Program-made: the position numbers and the translations under genes
Notes under the pieces: generated by a model
What the model saw: only the letters and a program-made list of their open reading frames with translations
Database searches by the model: none
Told to the model about the DNA's origin: nothing
Part shown: positions 10,425-18,811 of the stretch, in pieces
Numbering within the stretch: position 1 is the stretch's first letter
How the letters are laid out: every line of letters starts with the position of its first letter
From: Saccharofermentans sp.
GTDB lineage: Bacteria > Bacillota > Clostridia > Saccharofermentanales > Saccharofermentanaceae
Reading direction: 5' to 3'
DNA: 64,000 nt
Assembly (NCBI GenBank): GCA_016292215.1
Contig: JAEFBB010000006.1
Span: 9,546 to 73,545 of the forward strand

Positions 10425-11240
10425 TTACTTGTTTGCAGCTGCTACGAAAGCCTTAGCAGGCTCATTGTCGATGACAACAGCATCGATCTTGCCGGACTGG
10501 AGTGCGATGATCGCATCGTTGCCCTTTGCAAAACGCTCTACTCTGTCTTCGCCGATATCTTCAGACATGTAGAGGTCGCCTGTTGTACCTGTCTGAACGC
10601 CAACCTTGTAGTCGCCGTCAAGAAGCTTATCTACGTCTGTGATCTCAGAACCTTCTACGACGATTACGGACTGAACGCCCTTAGCATAAGGTGTAGAGAA
10701 GTTAACGGACAAAAGTCTGTCTTCTGTGATGGTCATGCCTGCGCAGCCGATGTCGTACTTGCCTGCCTGAACGCCTGCGATGATGGAGTCAAACTCAACG
10801 TCCTCGATAACGAGCTCGAGACCGAGCTTGTCTGCAACTGCCTTAGCGATCTCAGGGTCGATACCAACGATGTTATCGCCCTCGTGATACTCATAAGGCT
10901 GGAAGAAAGCGTTTGTAGCCATGATGAGCTTGCCCTCTTCGATTGTTGTGAATTCAGGATATTCAGATGTTACTGACTCTTTCTTCTCAACTGTAGCGCC
11001 GGAAGGAATGTACTTCTCGATAATAGAAGGGATAGTACCGTCTTCTGTAAGCTCTGCAAGAGCCTGGTCGATAGCTGCCTTGAGACCTTCGTTATCCTTG
11101 CTGATAGCCATAGCATATTCTTCTTCAGCATATGCAGTGTCAAGGATCTTGAGGTTCTTCTTAGCTGCACCGCAAGATGTCATTCCGAGCAAAAGAGCAC
11201 AAGAAAGGATTCCTGCTGTTATTCTGGAAAATGTCTTCAT
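10425..11240 (-). CDS. Family-3 amino-acid substrate-binding lipoprotein, circularly permuted
   Basis: Lipobox (MTSC); 'KLIMATNAFFQPYEY', 'GIDPEIA', 'GMTITEDR', 'VGVQTGTTGD'; the usual C-terminal segment sits at the N-terminus. Confidence 0.9.
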   Translation of the reverse strand: MKTFSRITAGILSCALLLGMTSCGAAKKNLKILDTAYAEEEYAMAISKDNEGLKAAIDQALAELTEDGTIPSIIEKYIPSGATVEKKESVTSEYPEFTTIEEGKLIMATNAFFQPYEYHEGDNIVGIDPEIAKAVADKLGLELVIEDVEFDSIIAGVQAGKYDIGCAGMTITEDRLLSVNFSTPYAKGVQSVIVVEGSEITDVDKLLDGDYKVGVQTGTTGDLYMSEDIGEDRVERFAKGNDAIIALQSGKIDAVVIDNEPAKAFVAAANK

Positions 11241-11406
11241 AACGAAACTCCTTTTCTTAAAATTATGAACACGGGTATCTTACGCTAATTAAGGCTGCAA
11301 GGTATATACACAAAAGCAATAAAATTTGTTCATTCTTTGGTTGTTCATTGGTGTTTTTCTATGTAAAATAAATAAAGCATTCTTGAAAGGTCATTGGGGA
11401 AGATCG

Positions 11407-12669
11407 ATGAAAAGAGTCTTGATTCTCGGATGTAATGAAACTGCTAAGCGTTTGCTTATTGTTTTGTGCAAAAACAAGCAATATGCTTCTGATATTTGTT
11501 TGGCGTCACGTAATAAAGAAGATTGCGACGAGCTTAAAAATCTGGCTGCAAGTCTCGGTGTCAGGGTTACCACTTCGGCAATCGACGTAAGCAACGTCGA
11601 GCGTGCCATGATGATGATCAAGATCATCGCGCCCGATCTTGTCGTAAATCTCCTTCCTGCAGAGCTCACTCTCGATGCAATGAACCTTGCCGTTAAGGCA
11701 AAGGCTGACTATATTGACAACACACTTTTCGGAGTGCCGGACATGCCTTCCGCGACATCGCTCCTTTCAAAGCAGTTCGAGAAGTTTTCTGAATTCCAGA
11801 ACAACTGCAAGACAGCCGTCTGCGGCGCAGGACTCGTTCCCGGCGTGGTCAATACGATCATCAGGCACGCGGGCCTGTTCCAGTTTAAGAAGATCGAGAA
11901 GATCGATATCGTAGCCGTAGCAGGCGAGAGCAAGAAAAAGAAGAGAAACAACGCTGTCGACCGCACACTGTATTCTGAGGATGTTAAGCCCCCGCTCCTG
12001 GCAATCAAGACCGAACCCGAGAGAAAGGTCTTTTATATCGAGAGCGGCAAAGTCGTTGAAGCTGATGCCATGTCGATCGAAGCGAAGTCAGCTGCAGGAA
12101 GCACGGTCTATCTGGCTTCCAGCCCTATTCTTACCGACATAATCAAGGAATTCCCTGATGCCGTTAACGTCAGATATTTCAAGCTCGGCAGAAAGCCGCC
12201 CAAGGTACACGAAGCGCCTAAGACGAAGATGGCATTCCTCAAGACAATGGGACTTCTGTCAAATGTTCCGGTTAAGGTAGGAGACGTGGAAGTAGCTCCT
12301 GTCGATCTCGTTGCTGCCATCCTCCCCAAGATGGCTGATATCGGCGCCGAGAAGCCTGACGACGAACCCGTTACCGGCCTTTCTTCCTACGAGATATACA
12401 TTACCGGTATATCCAAGCGTGAAGACAAAGAGCTGACAAGATCTTACATCATTAAGGGCGATAACGACGAATCTTATGAAAAGTACAATGTCAGCGCCTT
12501 CGAATATATCAAGGGCTCAGCCCTGATCGCCGGAGTTAAGCTCATGTGCAAGGACAAGTGGAGAAAGCCCGGAGTATTTACACCGGCAGCTTTCGATTGC
12601 GATACATATTTCAATGCTTTTATCGTTGAAGGCATCAATATTACAGAAGGAGAGAGCAAGCCGTTCTGA
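11407..12669 (+). CDS. Saccharopine dehydrogenase / carboxy(nor)spermidine dehydrogenase-like protein, degenerate motifs
   Basis: 'DICLASRNKEDCD', 'GAGLVPGV', 'KWRKPGVF' follow the CASDH layout; GxGxxG is replaced by GCNETA. Confidence 0.75.
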   Translation: MKRVLILGCNETAKRLLIVLCKNKQYASDICLASRNKEDCDELKNLAASLGVRVTTSAIDVSNVERAMMMIKIIAPDLVVNLLPAELTLDAMNLAVKAKADYIDNTLFGVPDMPSATSLLSKQFEKFSEFQNNCKTAVCGAGLVPGVVNTIIRHAGLFQFKKIEKIDIVAVAGESKKKKRNNAVDRTLYSEDVKPPLLAIKTEPERKVFYIESGKVVEADAMSIEAKSAAGSTVYLASSPILTDIIKEFPDAVNVRYFKLGRKPPKVHEAPKTKMAFLKTMGLLSNVPVKVGDVEVAPVDLVAAILPKMADIGAEKPDDEPVTGLSSYEIYITGISKREDKELTRSYIIKGDNDESYEKYNVSAFEYIKGSALIAGVKLMCKDKWRKPGVFTPAAFDCDTYFNAFIVEGINITEGESKPF

Positions 12670-12706
12670 TAATCTCGGTTACCGGGCATGCTGATGAGGA
12701 GATATT

Positions 12707-13648
12707 ATGGCAGATAAGTTTTTTTGGGAACAAATGCAGATCAACGACATGCTGGTAATCGATACCATCCGCAAGTACGGCAGGGACACGATCTACTTCA
12801 AGGACAAGGATTCCAAATTCATCTGGAATAACTATATGCATGCCAATCAGCTGGGCGTTATCAAGCCTGACGAACTCGTCGGCAAATCTGACTTCGATTT
12901 CTTCCCCAAGGAATTTGCCGAGAAGGCAAGACAGGTTGAGCTCGAGATTATGAGGACAGGCAAGCCGCTCATTAATATCGAAGAAGAGCTGTCTTTCAAT
13001 GATGATGAAGACGTTAAGTATTACATCGCATCCAAGTACCCCCTGTATGACAGAAACAATGAGATAGTCGGCACATGGGGCATCAGCAGAGATATCACCG
13101 AGATCAAGAAGCTCGAGCTCGAGATCGAGCGTTCATATCACAAGATGGAGCTCCTGGCCCGTGTCGATGACTTAAGCGGACTTTATAACAGACGTTATTT
13201 CTACGAGACGCTCGAAAAGTATGCCAGCCTCTATGAGAAAAGAACTGACGGCAGCACATTCGCCCTTCTCGTTGCAGACGTAGATGACATGACCAGCGTA
13301 AATGATATACACGGCCAGCAGAACGGCGACATCGTCTTAAGAAGCCTTGCAGAGCTCTTCGTATCCAATGTCAGAACAGAGGATACATGCTTCAGGACAG
13401 GCGGCGACGAATTCGCTATCGTGCTCCTTGATACGGATAAGATCTCTGCTATCGGAATCGCGAAGAAGCTGGTAGAGCAGATCTCCAATGAGCCCATCAT
13501 TCTGGACGGCAAGAGAGAGAAGGTCACGATCTCAGCAGGTCTTGCAGTATTCGACAACAGCAATCCCGATATATCTGATCTCCTGTCCAAGGCTGAAAGA
13601 AAGCTCAATAAGTCAAAGAGAGAGGGTAAGAACAAGGTATCGTTCTGA
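12707..13648 (+). CDS. PAS-GGDEF diguanylate cyclase
   Basis: PAS ('IYFKDKDSKF', 'VGKSDFDFFP'), 'DDLSGLYNRR', 'RTGGDEF'. Confidence 0.9.
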   Translation: MADKFFWEQMQINDMLVIDTIRKYGRDTIYFKDKDSKFIWNNYMHANQLGVIKPDELVGKSDFDFFPKEFAEKARQVELEIMRTGKPLINIEEELSFNDDEDVKYYIASKYPLYDRNNEIVGTWGISRDITEIKKLELEIERSYHKMELLARVDDLSGLYNRRYFYETLEKYASLYEKRTDGSTFALLVADVDDMTSVNDIHGQQNGDIVLRSLAELFVSNVRTEDTCFRTGGDEFAIVLLDTDKISAIGIAKKLVEQISNEPIILDGKREKVTISAGLAVFDNSNPDISDLLSKAERKLNKSKREGKNKVSF

Positions 13649-13675
13649 GCCTTGCATAACTTAAGCAATACCAAT

Positions 13676-13703
13676 GGCCGGGAGTTATCCCGGCCTTGCT
13701 TTT
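13676..13703 (+). terminator. Intrinsic terminator after diguanylate cyclase
   Basis: GGCCGGGA-GTTA-TCCCGGCC followed by TTGCTTTT. Confidence 0.7.
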
Positions 13704-13803
13704 ATATGAGGTGTTGTGTGGAGAACGGTTAATAAAGCAAGACCGGGGCTGCCCTTGTACGGAGAAAAAGACGGATTGAGGGCTTAAAGCTGTCTTGGTC
13801 GGG

Positions 13804-14082
13804 TCAAGCTGCACCCTTATCCTTCAAATGGTACTGACGATTGTGAGAAGCAGAGGCTGTCACCGGGGTATTAACACGCTTGATGGGCGTGACGCGGACG
13901 GAGGAAGGTCTTCCTGTCCTGACTGTCCTGGAAAGTGAAGCAGCGGGTCTGACGCTCTTCTTGGGAGCGGACTCTTCGGCCAGCTCATCATCAACATCCT
14001 TCCAGTAATCGATGCTTGTAGTAACTGCCTTAATGGTAACGAGGATAAAGAAAGTAAAGATAAGCATATCGAGTGGTGACAT
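13804..14082 (-). CDS. Small single-pass membrane protein (92 aa), unknown function
   Basis: GGAGG RBS 8 nt before ATG 14082; N-terminal hydrophobic helix, basic tail ending in GAA. Confidence 0.65.
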   Translation of the reverse strand: MSPLDMLIFTFFILVTIKAVTTSIDYWKDVDDELAEESAPKKSVRPAASLSRTVRTGRPSSVRVTPIKRVNTPVTASASHNRQYHLKDKGAA

Positions 14083-14100
14083 AGTAATTACCTCCAAAAA

Positions 14101-14114
14101 AGATCGTATGTTCT
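14101..14114. promoter_or_regulatory. Putative LexA (SOS) box
   Basis: AGAAC-ATAC-GATCT on - strand (1 mismatch to GAAC-N4-GTTC), between a TGG-TATAGT extended -10 and the RBS. Confidence 0.5.
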
Positions 14115-14204
14115 TTAATGGGCATACTATACCACGGGTTAAGTTCTAATAATGGGACTAAAAATGCCTTTAACCCAAAAACCGAACAAAAATTTTATAT
14201 GTAT

Positions 14205-16040
14205 TTATTCTCCGAGCCTGGACGCACCGATCCTTATTGCACCGTTATCGAGCATTTCCCTTGCTGAGCCTGCGGTCCTGATGCCGCCTGCGGCCTTTAT
14301 CCTTACATCGGGACCTATGTTGTTCTTCATAAGGATTATGTCTTCCACAGTAGCGCCGGCCGTGCCAAAGCCCGTGGAAGTCTTAATAAAGTCAGCCCTG
14401 GCTTCTGTCACGATCTTGCACAGGCGTATCTTTTCTTCTTCGGTCAGCGAGCAGGTCTCGATGATGACCTTGAGCAGAGCCCCCTTGGCGTGGACTGCTT
14501 CTGCTATCAGGCGGATCTCATCAGAGACTTCATCGTATCTTCCGGACTTGACGAAGTTGATGTTGATGACCATGTCTATCTCGGAAGCGCCGTTGTCGCA
14601 GGCTTCTTTTGCTTCATAGACTTTTGTGCCTGTTGTCGAATAGCCGTTCGGGAATCCTATGACGGTGCAGACGGCGACGCGGCCCTTGGAGAACCTGACG
14701 GCATCTTTTACATAACAGGGCTGGACGCATACTGAGGCCGTACCCATGGAAGCCGCCTTTTCGATGAGGTCTTTTATGTCTTCTTCTGTGGCTGTTGTCT
14801 TCAGATTAGTAAGATCCACATAGCTCATGATGTTGTCAGGATCAGGCTTGTTGGTGTCAGCTTCAGGCTCGAAGCTGATCTTATAATTCCTTGACATAAG
14901 CGCTGTGAGGACAATGCCTGCGATGTTGTTAAAGCCCGTGAGCTCGCCCATGTTGCAGGGTGTCCTGTAGCCGTCGCCATAGATCAGGAGCGGGACACAT
15001 TCCCTTGAGTGATCTGTCGAAGGAGTGGAAGGATCGCATCCGTGATCTGCTGTGATCATGAGAAGATCGTCTTCTCTGAGCTTATCCAGGATGATGCCGA
15101 GCGCATCGTCTAATTCGTGCATTGCGGTGGCATAACCTTCGATGTCATTGCGGTGTCCGTACTTCATATCAAAGTCGACGAGATTGACGAAGCAAAGACC
15201 GTTAAAGTCACGGTCCATGAATTCGACAGTCTTGTTTATGCCGTCCGTGTTGCTTTTCGTGGGATTGGATTCAGTCAGGCCCTTGCCTGCGAAGAGATCA
15301 TAGATCTTGCCTACGGAGATCACATCATAGCCTTCCTCTTTGAGCAGATCGAGCATGGTGGAAGAAGGCGCTGTAAGTGAGAAATCGTGCCTGTTTGCAG
15401 TTCTCGTGAAGCTGCCTGGCTCGCCGACAAAAGGTCTTGCTATTACTCTGCCGACTGCATGAGCGCCCGTCATGACTGATCGTGCCTTGGCGCAGATATC
15501 GTAAAGCTCTTCAAGAGGGACTATCTCTTCGTGCGCGGCTATCTGAAGGACACTGTCAGCGGAAGTGTATATGATGAGCTTGCCGGTCTTCATGTGCTCT
15601 TCGCCGTAATCCCTGATGACATCTGTTCCGCTGTAAGGCTTGTTGCAGAGGAATTCTTTTCCCGTGGCTTTCTCGAGCTCTCTCATGACATCGTCAGGGA
15701 AGCCGTCGGGGTAAGTGGGCTGAGGCTTGTCGGAGATTATTCCTGCGATTTCCCAGTGGCCTATAGTAGAGTCCTTGCCTGCGGAGATCTCTCTTACTCT
15801 CGCATAAGAACCGATCGGTGAGGGGATGGATTCCTGGGCTTTCTTATAGGCTTTGATCCTCGGATCGTCTTCGCCGTCGATCGCGAGAAGCCCCATTTTC
15901 GCGAGGTTCGGGAAAGGCTTATCTGAATATGAGAGGACTGCTGCCAAAGTGTTGCTGCCTTCATCACCGAACTTTGCAGCGTCAGGCGCGCCACCGATGC
16001 CGAAGCTGTCTGCAACTATAAGAAATACACGTTTTGCCAT
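14205..16040 (-). CDS. deoB-deoC: Fused phosphopentomutase / deoxyribose-phosphate aldolase
   Basis: DeoB motifs (DSFGIG, GKDSTIGHWE, YGHRND, TADHGCDP) then DeoC motifs (CTVIGFPNG, FIKTSTGF, IKAAGGIR, RIGAS) in one ORF. Confidence 0.92.
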   Translation of the reverse strand: MAKRVFLIVADSFGIGGAPDAAKFGDEGSNTLAAVLSYSDKPFPNLAKMGLLAIDGEDDPRIKAYKKAQESIPSPIGSYARVREISAGKDSTIGHWEIAGIISDKPQPTYPDGFPDDVMRELEKATGKEFLCNKPYSGTDVIRDYGEEHMKTGKLIIYTSADSVLQIAAHEEIVPLEELYDICAKARSVMTGAHAVGRVIARPFVGEPGSFTRTANRHDFSLTAPSSTMLDLLKEEGYDVISVGKIYDLFAGKGLTESNPTKSNTDGINKTVEFMDRDFNGLCFVNLVDFDMKYGHRNDIEGYATAMHELDDALGIILDKLREDDLLMITADHGCDPSTPSTDHSRECVPLLIYGDGYRTPCNMGELTGFNNIAGIVLTALMSRNYKISFEPEADTNKPDPDNIMSYVDLTNLKTTATEEDIKDLIEKAASMGTASVCVQPCYVKDAVRFSKGRVAVCTVIGFPNGYSTTGTKVYEAKEACDNGASEIDMVININFVKSGRYDEVSDEIRLIAEAVHAKGALLKVIIETCSLTEEEKIRLCKIVTEARADFIKTSTGFGTAGATVEDIILMKNNIGPDVRIKAAGGIRTAGSAREMLDNGAIRIGASRLGE

Positions 16041-16202
16041 ATGAAAACTCCTTAATGTATGAGCTGATGTTTAAGTTAAAATAGTATGTACATATTATAA
16101 AACAAACTTCGAATATGTGGTTTCTGCCCATCATCTCAACGCACAAATTGCAAGCTATCTGTGATATAGTTTGGCGGAAAAGCGAAAAGAAAAAGGAATC
16201 TA

Positions 16203-17321
16203 ATGGACGAGATAAAGACATTTGCAGACCTTGACCTGTCACCGGAGGTCATGAATGCGTTAAAGAAGATGGGCGTTAAGAGGCCCACGACCATACAGCA
16301 AAAAGCGATTCCCCTCATGATGGACAACATCAGCGTAATAGCTAAGGCTCCAACGGGTACGGGGAAGACTTTTGCGTTTGGTATTCCGATACTTGAATAT
16401 TTAAATCTTGATTCCAAGCTCATCCAGGCGCTTATCCTGTGTCCTACAAGAGAACTGGCTCTCCAGATAACCACCGAGCTCAAGGGTCTCGCCAAATATA
16501 TCCAGGGCTTCAGAGCCGCGGCTCTCATCGGAGGCCAGAGCATGCGTCTCCAGGCAGAGAAGATCCAGAAGAGACCGCAGGTCATCGTAGCCACGCCCGG
16601 ACGTCTGCTCGATATGGTAGAGCGCAAGATGGTGGATATCTCACAGATCTACACACTCGTTCTCGATGAGGCAGACGAGATGCTCAAGATGGGCTTTATC
16701 AATGATATCAGAAGGATAATGGCTATTACCCCGAGGGATAAGCAGATCGCCCTTTTCTCGGCTACGATGCCCAGAGAGATCCAGGATATCACCTGGCAGT
16801 TCATGAGAGATGCCGCTGAGATCGATGTAATGCCTAAGGCCGAAGATCATCCTGATATCGACCAGTTTATTATCGAGTGTCCTGAGAAGGACAAGCTCAA
16901 GACGATCATCAAGGTCATGTCCAAAGAGGATCTCACCAAGGTGATCGTGTTCTGCAATACGAAGGTCACGACATCAAAAGTCGGAGAGCAGCTGACTGCG
17001 GCAGGCGTATCAGCGAAAGTCCTTCACGGCGACATCAGCCAGAGCGTACGCAATAAGGTAATGGACCAGTACAGGGCAGGCAAATTTGATGTGCTCGTAG
17101 CGACGGATGTTGTTGCCAGAGGCATTGATGTCGATGATATCGAGGCGATATTTAATTACGATATTCCTAAAGAGAACGAGCTTTATCTGCACAGGATCGG
17201 CCGTACCGCACGTGCCGGCAAATCAGGAAAAGCATTCTCTCTTGTCGCATACTTGGACCGCCCCAGGATGGAAGAGATAATCAGGTATACGAAGGTAGAC
17301 CCCGCACCGTACGAGGTGTAA
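16203..17321 (+). CDS. DEAD-box RNA helicase (minimal core)
   Basis: APTGTGKT, PTRELA, LDEAD, SAT, HRIGRTARAG. Confidence 0.92.
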   Translation: MDEIKTFADLDLSPEVMNALKKMGVKRPTTIQQKAIPLMMDNISVIAKAPTGTGKTFAFGIPILEYLNLDSKLIQALILCPTRELALQITTELKGLAKYIQGFRAAALIGGQSMRLQAEKIQKRPQVIVATPGRLLDMVERKMVDISQIYTLVLDEADEMLKMGFINDIRRIMAITPRDKQIALFSATMPREIQDITWQFMRDAAEIDVMPKAEDHPDIDQFIIECPEKDKLKTIIKVMSKEDLTKVIVFCNTKVTTSKVGEQLTAAGVSAKVLHGDISQSVRNKVMDQYRAGKFDVLVATDVVARGIDVDDIEAIFNYDIPKENELYLHRIGRTARAGKSGKAFSLVAYLDRPRMEEIIRYTKVDPAPYEV

Positions 17322-17344
17322 AGCACATTATTTTCGAGATGAGA

Positions 17345-18811
17345 TCAGCCCTGAATCTTCGGGGCTTTTTTAATGATTCCCTTATAGGTGAACGGGTTAA
17401 GGAATACGAGTACCGGGATGAGCTCGAGTCTTCCTGCGATCATGTCAAATATCAGGACCCACTTGGAGACATCAGAGAAGAAGCTGTAGTTCTGCGTAGG
17501 GCCGACAAGTGACAGACCCGGTCCGATGTTATTGAGCGTTGCGGCTACGGAAGTGAAGACCGTAACAAGGTCATGTCCCTCGAATGCGACAACGAGCATG
17601 GATGCTACAAAGATAATGAGATAAATAAAGAAGTAAAGAGCAACGGAACGCTCTATATCACTGTCGACTGTCTTACCGTCCAAGCGGATCTTCTTAACTG
17701 TTCTCGGATGAATGTATGAACCGATCTCGCGCTTGAAAGCCTTGAACATGATCTGGAATCTCGAGATCTTGATACCGCCGCCGGTCGAGCTTGCGCAGGC
17801 GCCGATGAACATGAGCGCGACAAGGACAAATTTCGCGAGGGCAGGCCAGAGGTCAAAGTCTGTCGTTGCAAAACCGGTAGTCGTCATCGTGGTGGCTACC
17901 TGGAAAAGCGAATGCCTTAATGATTCGCCGAGGCTGCCGTACATGCCGTAGATCGAGAAACAGACAAGACCGGTAGCGACTGCTGCTACAGCAAGATATA
18001 CCTTGATCTCGCTCATCTTGAATGCCTTGGAGCCCTGTCTGGTCAAAAAGTAATAGTAGAAATTGAAGTTTGCGCCGAATAAGAGCATGAAGACCGCGAC
18101 TATCCACTGGATGTGCGGAGCGTATGAAGCGAAGCTGTCGTTCTTGATGCCGAAGCCTCCCGTACCGGCTGTACCGAATGCAGAGCAGACGCTGTCGAAG
18201 AAAGGCATGCCGCAGACAGCAAGGATGATGATCTCCAATGCCGTGATCGCGATATAGATGTAGTAAAGCATTTTCGCGGTGGATCTTACCTTAGGTACGA
18301 TCTTGCCGACAGAAGGTCCGGGGCTTTCTGCTCTCATGAGATTCATGTTAGAGCCGCCCGTCATCGGGACGACCGCAAGAAGGAATACGAGAACTCCCAT
18401 ACCGCCGATCCAGTGTGTAAGTGAACGCCACAGCAAGGATGTGTGGGACATTGCTTCGATATTAGTAAGGATACTCGCACCGGTAGTGGTGAAGCCTGAA
18501 GCGGTCTCGAACATGGCGTCGGTAAAATTGGGAATCTCTTTTGTGATGATGAAAGGAATACATCCGCAGATACTTAATACGAGCCAGGAGAGAGCCGTAG
18601 CGACACAGCCGTCCTTGATGAATACGGTCATGTTCCTGGGCTTTTTCATTGAGATCAGGAATCCAAATCCCATGTAAGCGGCTGCAAGTATCAGATAGAC
18701 GAAGAGCTCTGATTCGTTGTATGCGATGCCGCACACAACAGGCAAAAGCATAAGCATGCCTTCGATCAGGAGGACTTTGCCCAGGATGTAAACAAGCATC
18801 TTTATGTTCAT
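17345..18811 (-). CDS. trkH: Trk potassium uptake membrane protein
   Basis: 'FETASGFTTTGAS', 'WIGGMG', 'TLNNIGPG', 'GRLEL'. Confidence 0.92.
   Translation of the reverse strand: MNIKMLVYILGKVLLIEGMLMLLPVVCGIAYNESELFVYLILAAAYMGFGFLISMKKPRNMTVFIKDGCVATALSWLVLSICGCIPFIITKEIPNFTDAMFETASGFTTTGASILTNIEAMSHTSLLWRSLTHWIGGMGVLVFLLAVVPMTGGSNMNLMRAESPGPSVGKIVPKVRSTAKMLYYIYIAITALEIIILAVCGMPFFDSVCSAFGTAGTGGFGIKNDSFASYAPHIQWIVAVFMLLFGANFNFYYYFLTRQGSKAFKMSEIKVYLAVAAVATGLVCFSIYGMYGSLGESLRHSLFQVATTMTTTGFATTDFDLWPALAKFVLVALMFIGACASSTGGGIKISRFQIMFKAFKREIGSYIHPRTVKKIRLDGKTVDSDIERSVALYFFIYLIIFVASMLVVAFEGHDLVTVFTSVAATLNNIGPGLSLVGPTQNYSFFSDVSKWVLIFDMIAGRLELIPVLVFLNPFTYKGIIKKAPKIQG

Noticed and set aside
14182-14195. 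Second possible LexA box CGAACAAAAATTT
   Set aside because: Two mismatches in the right half-site; too weak to call alone
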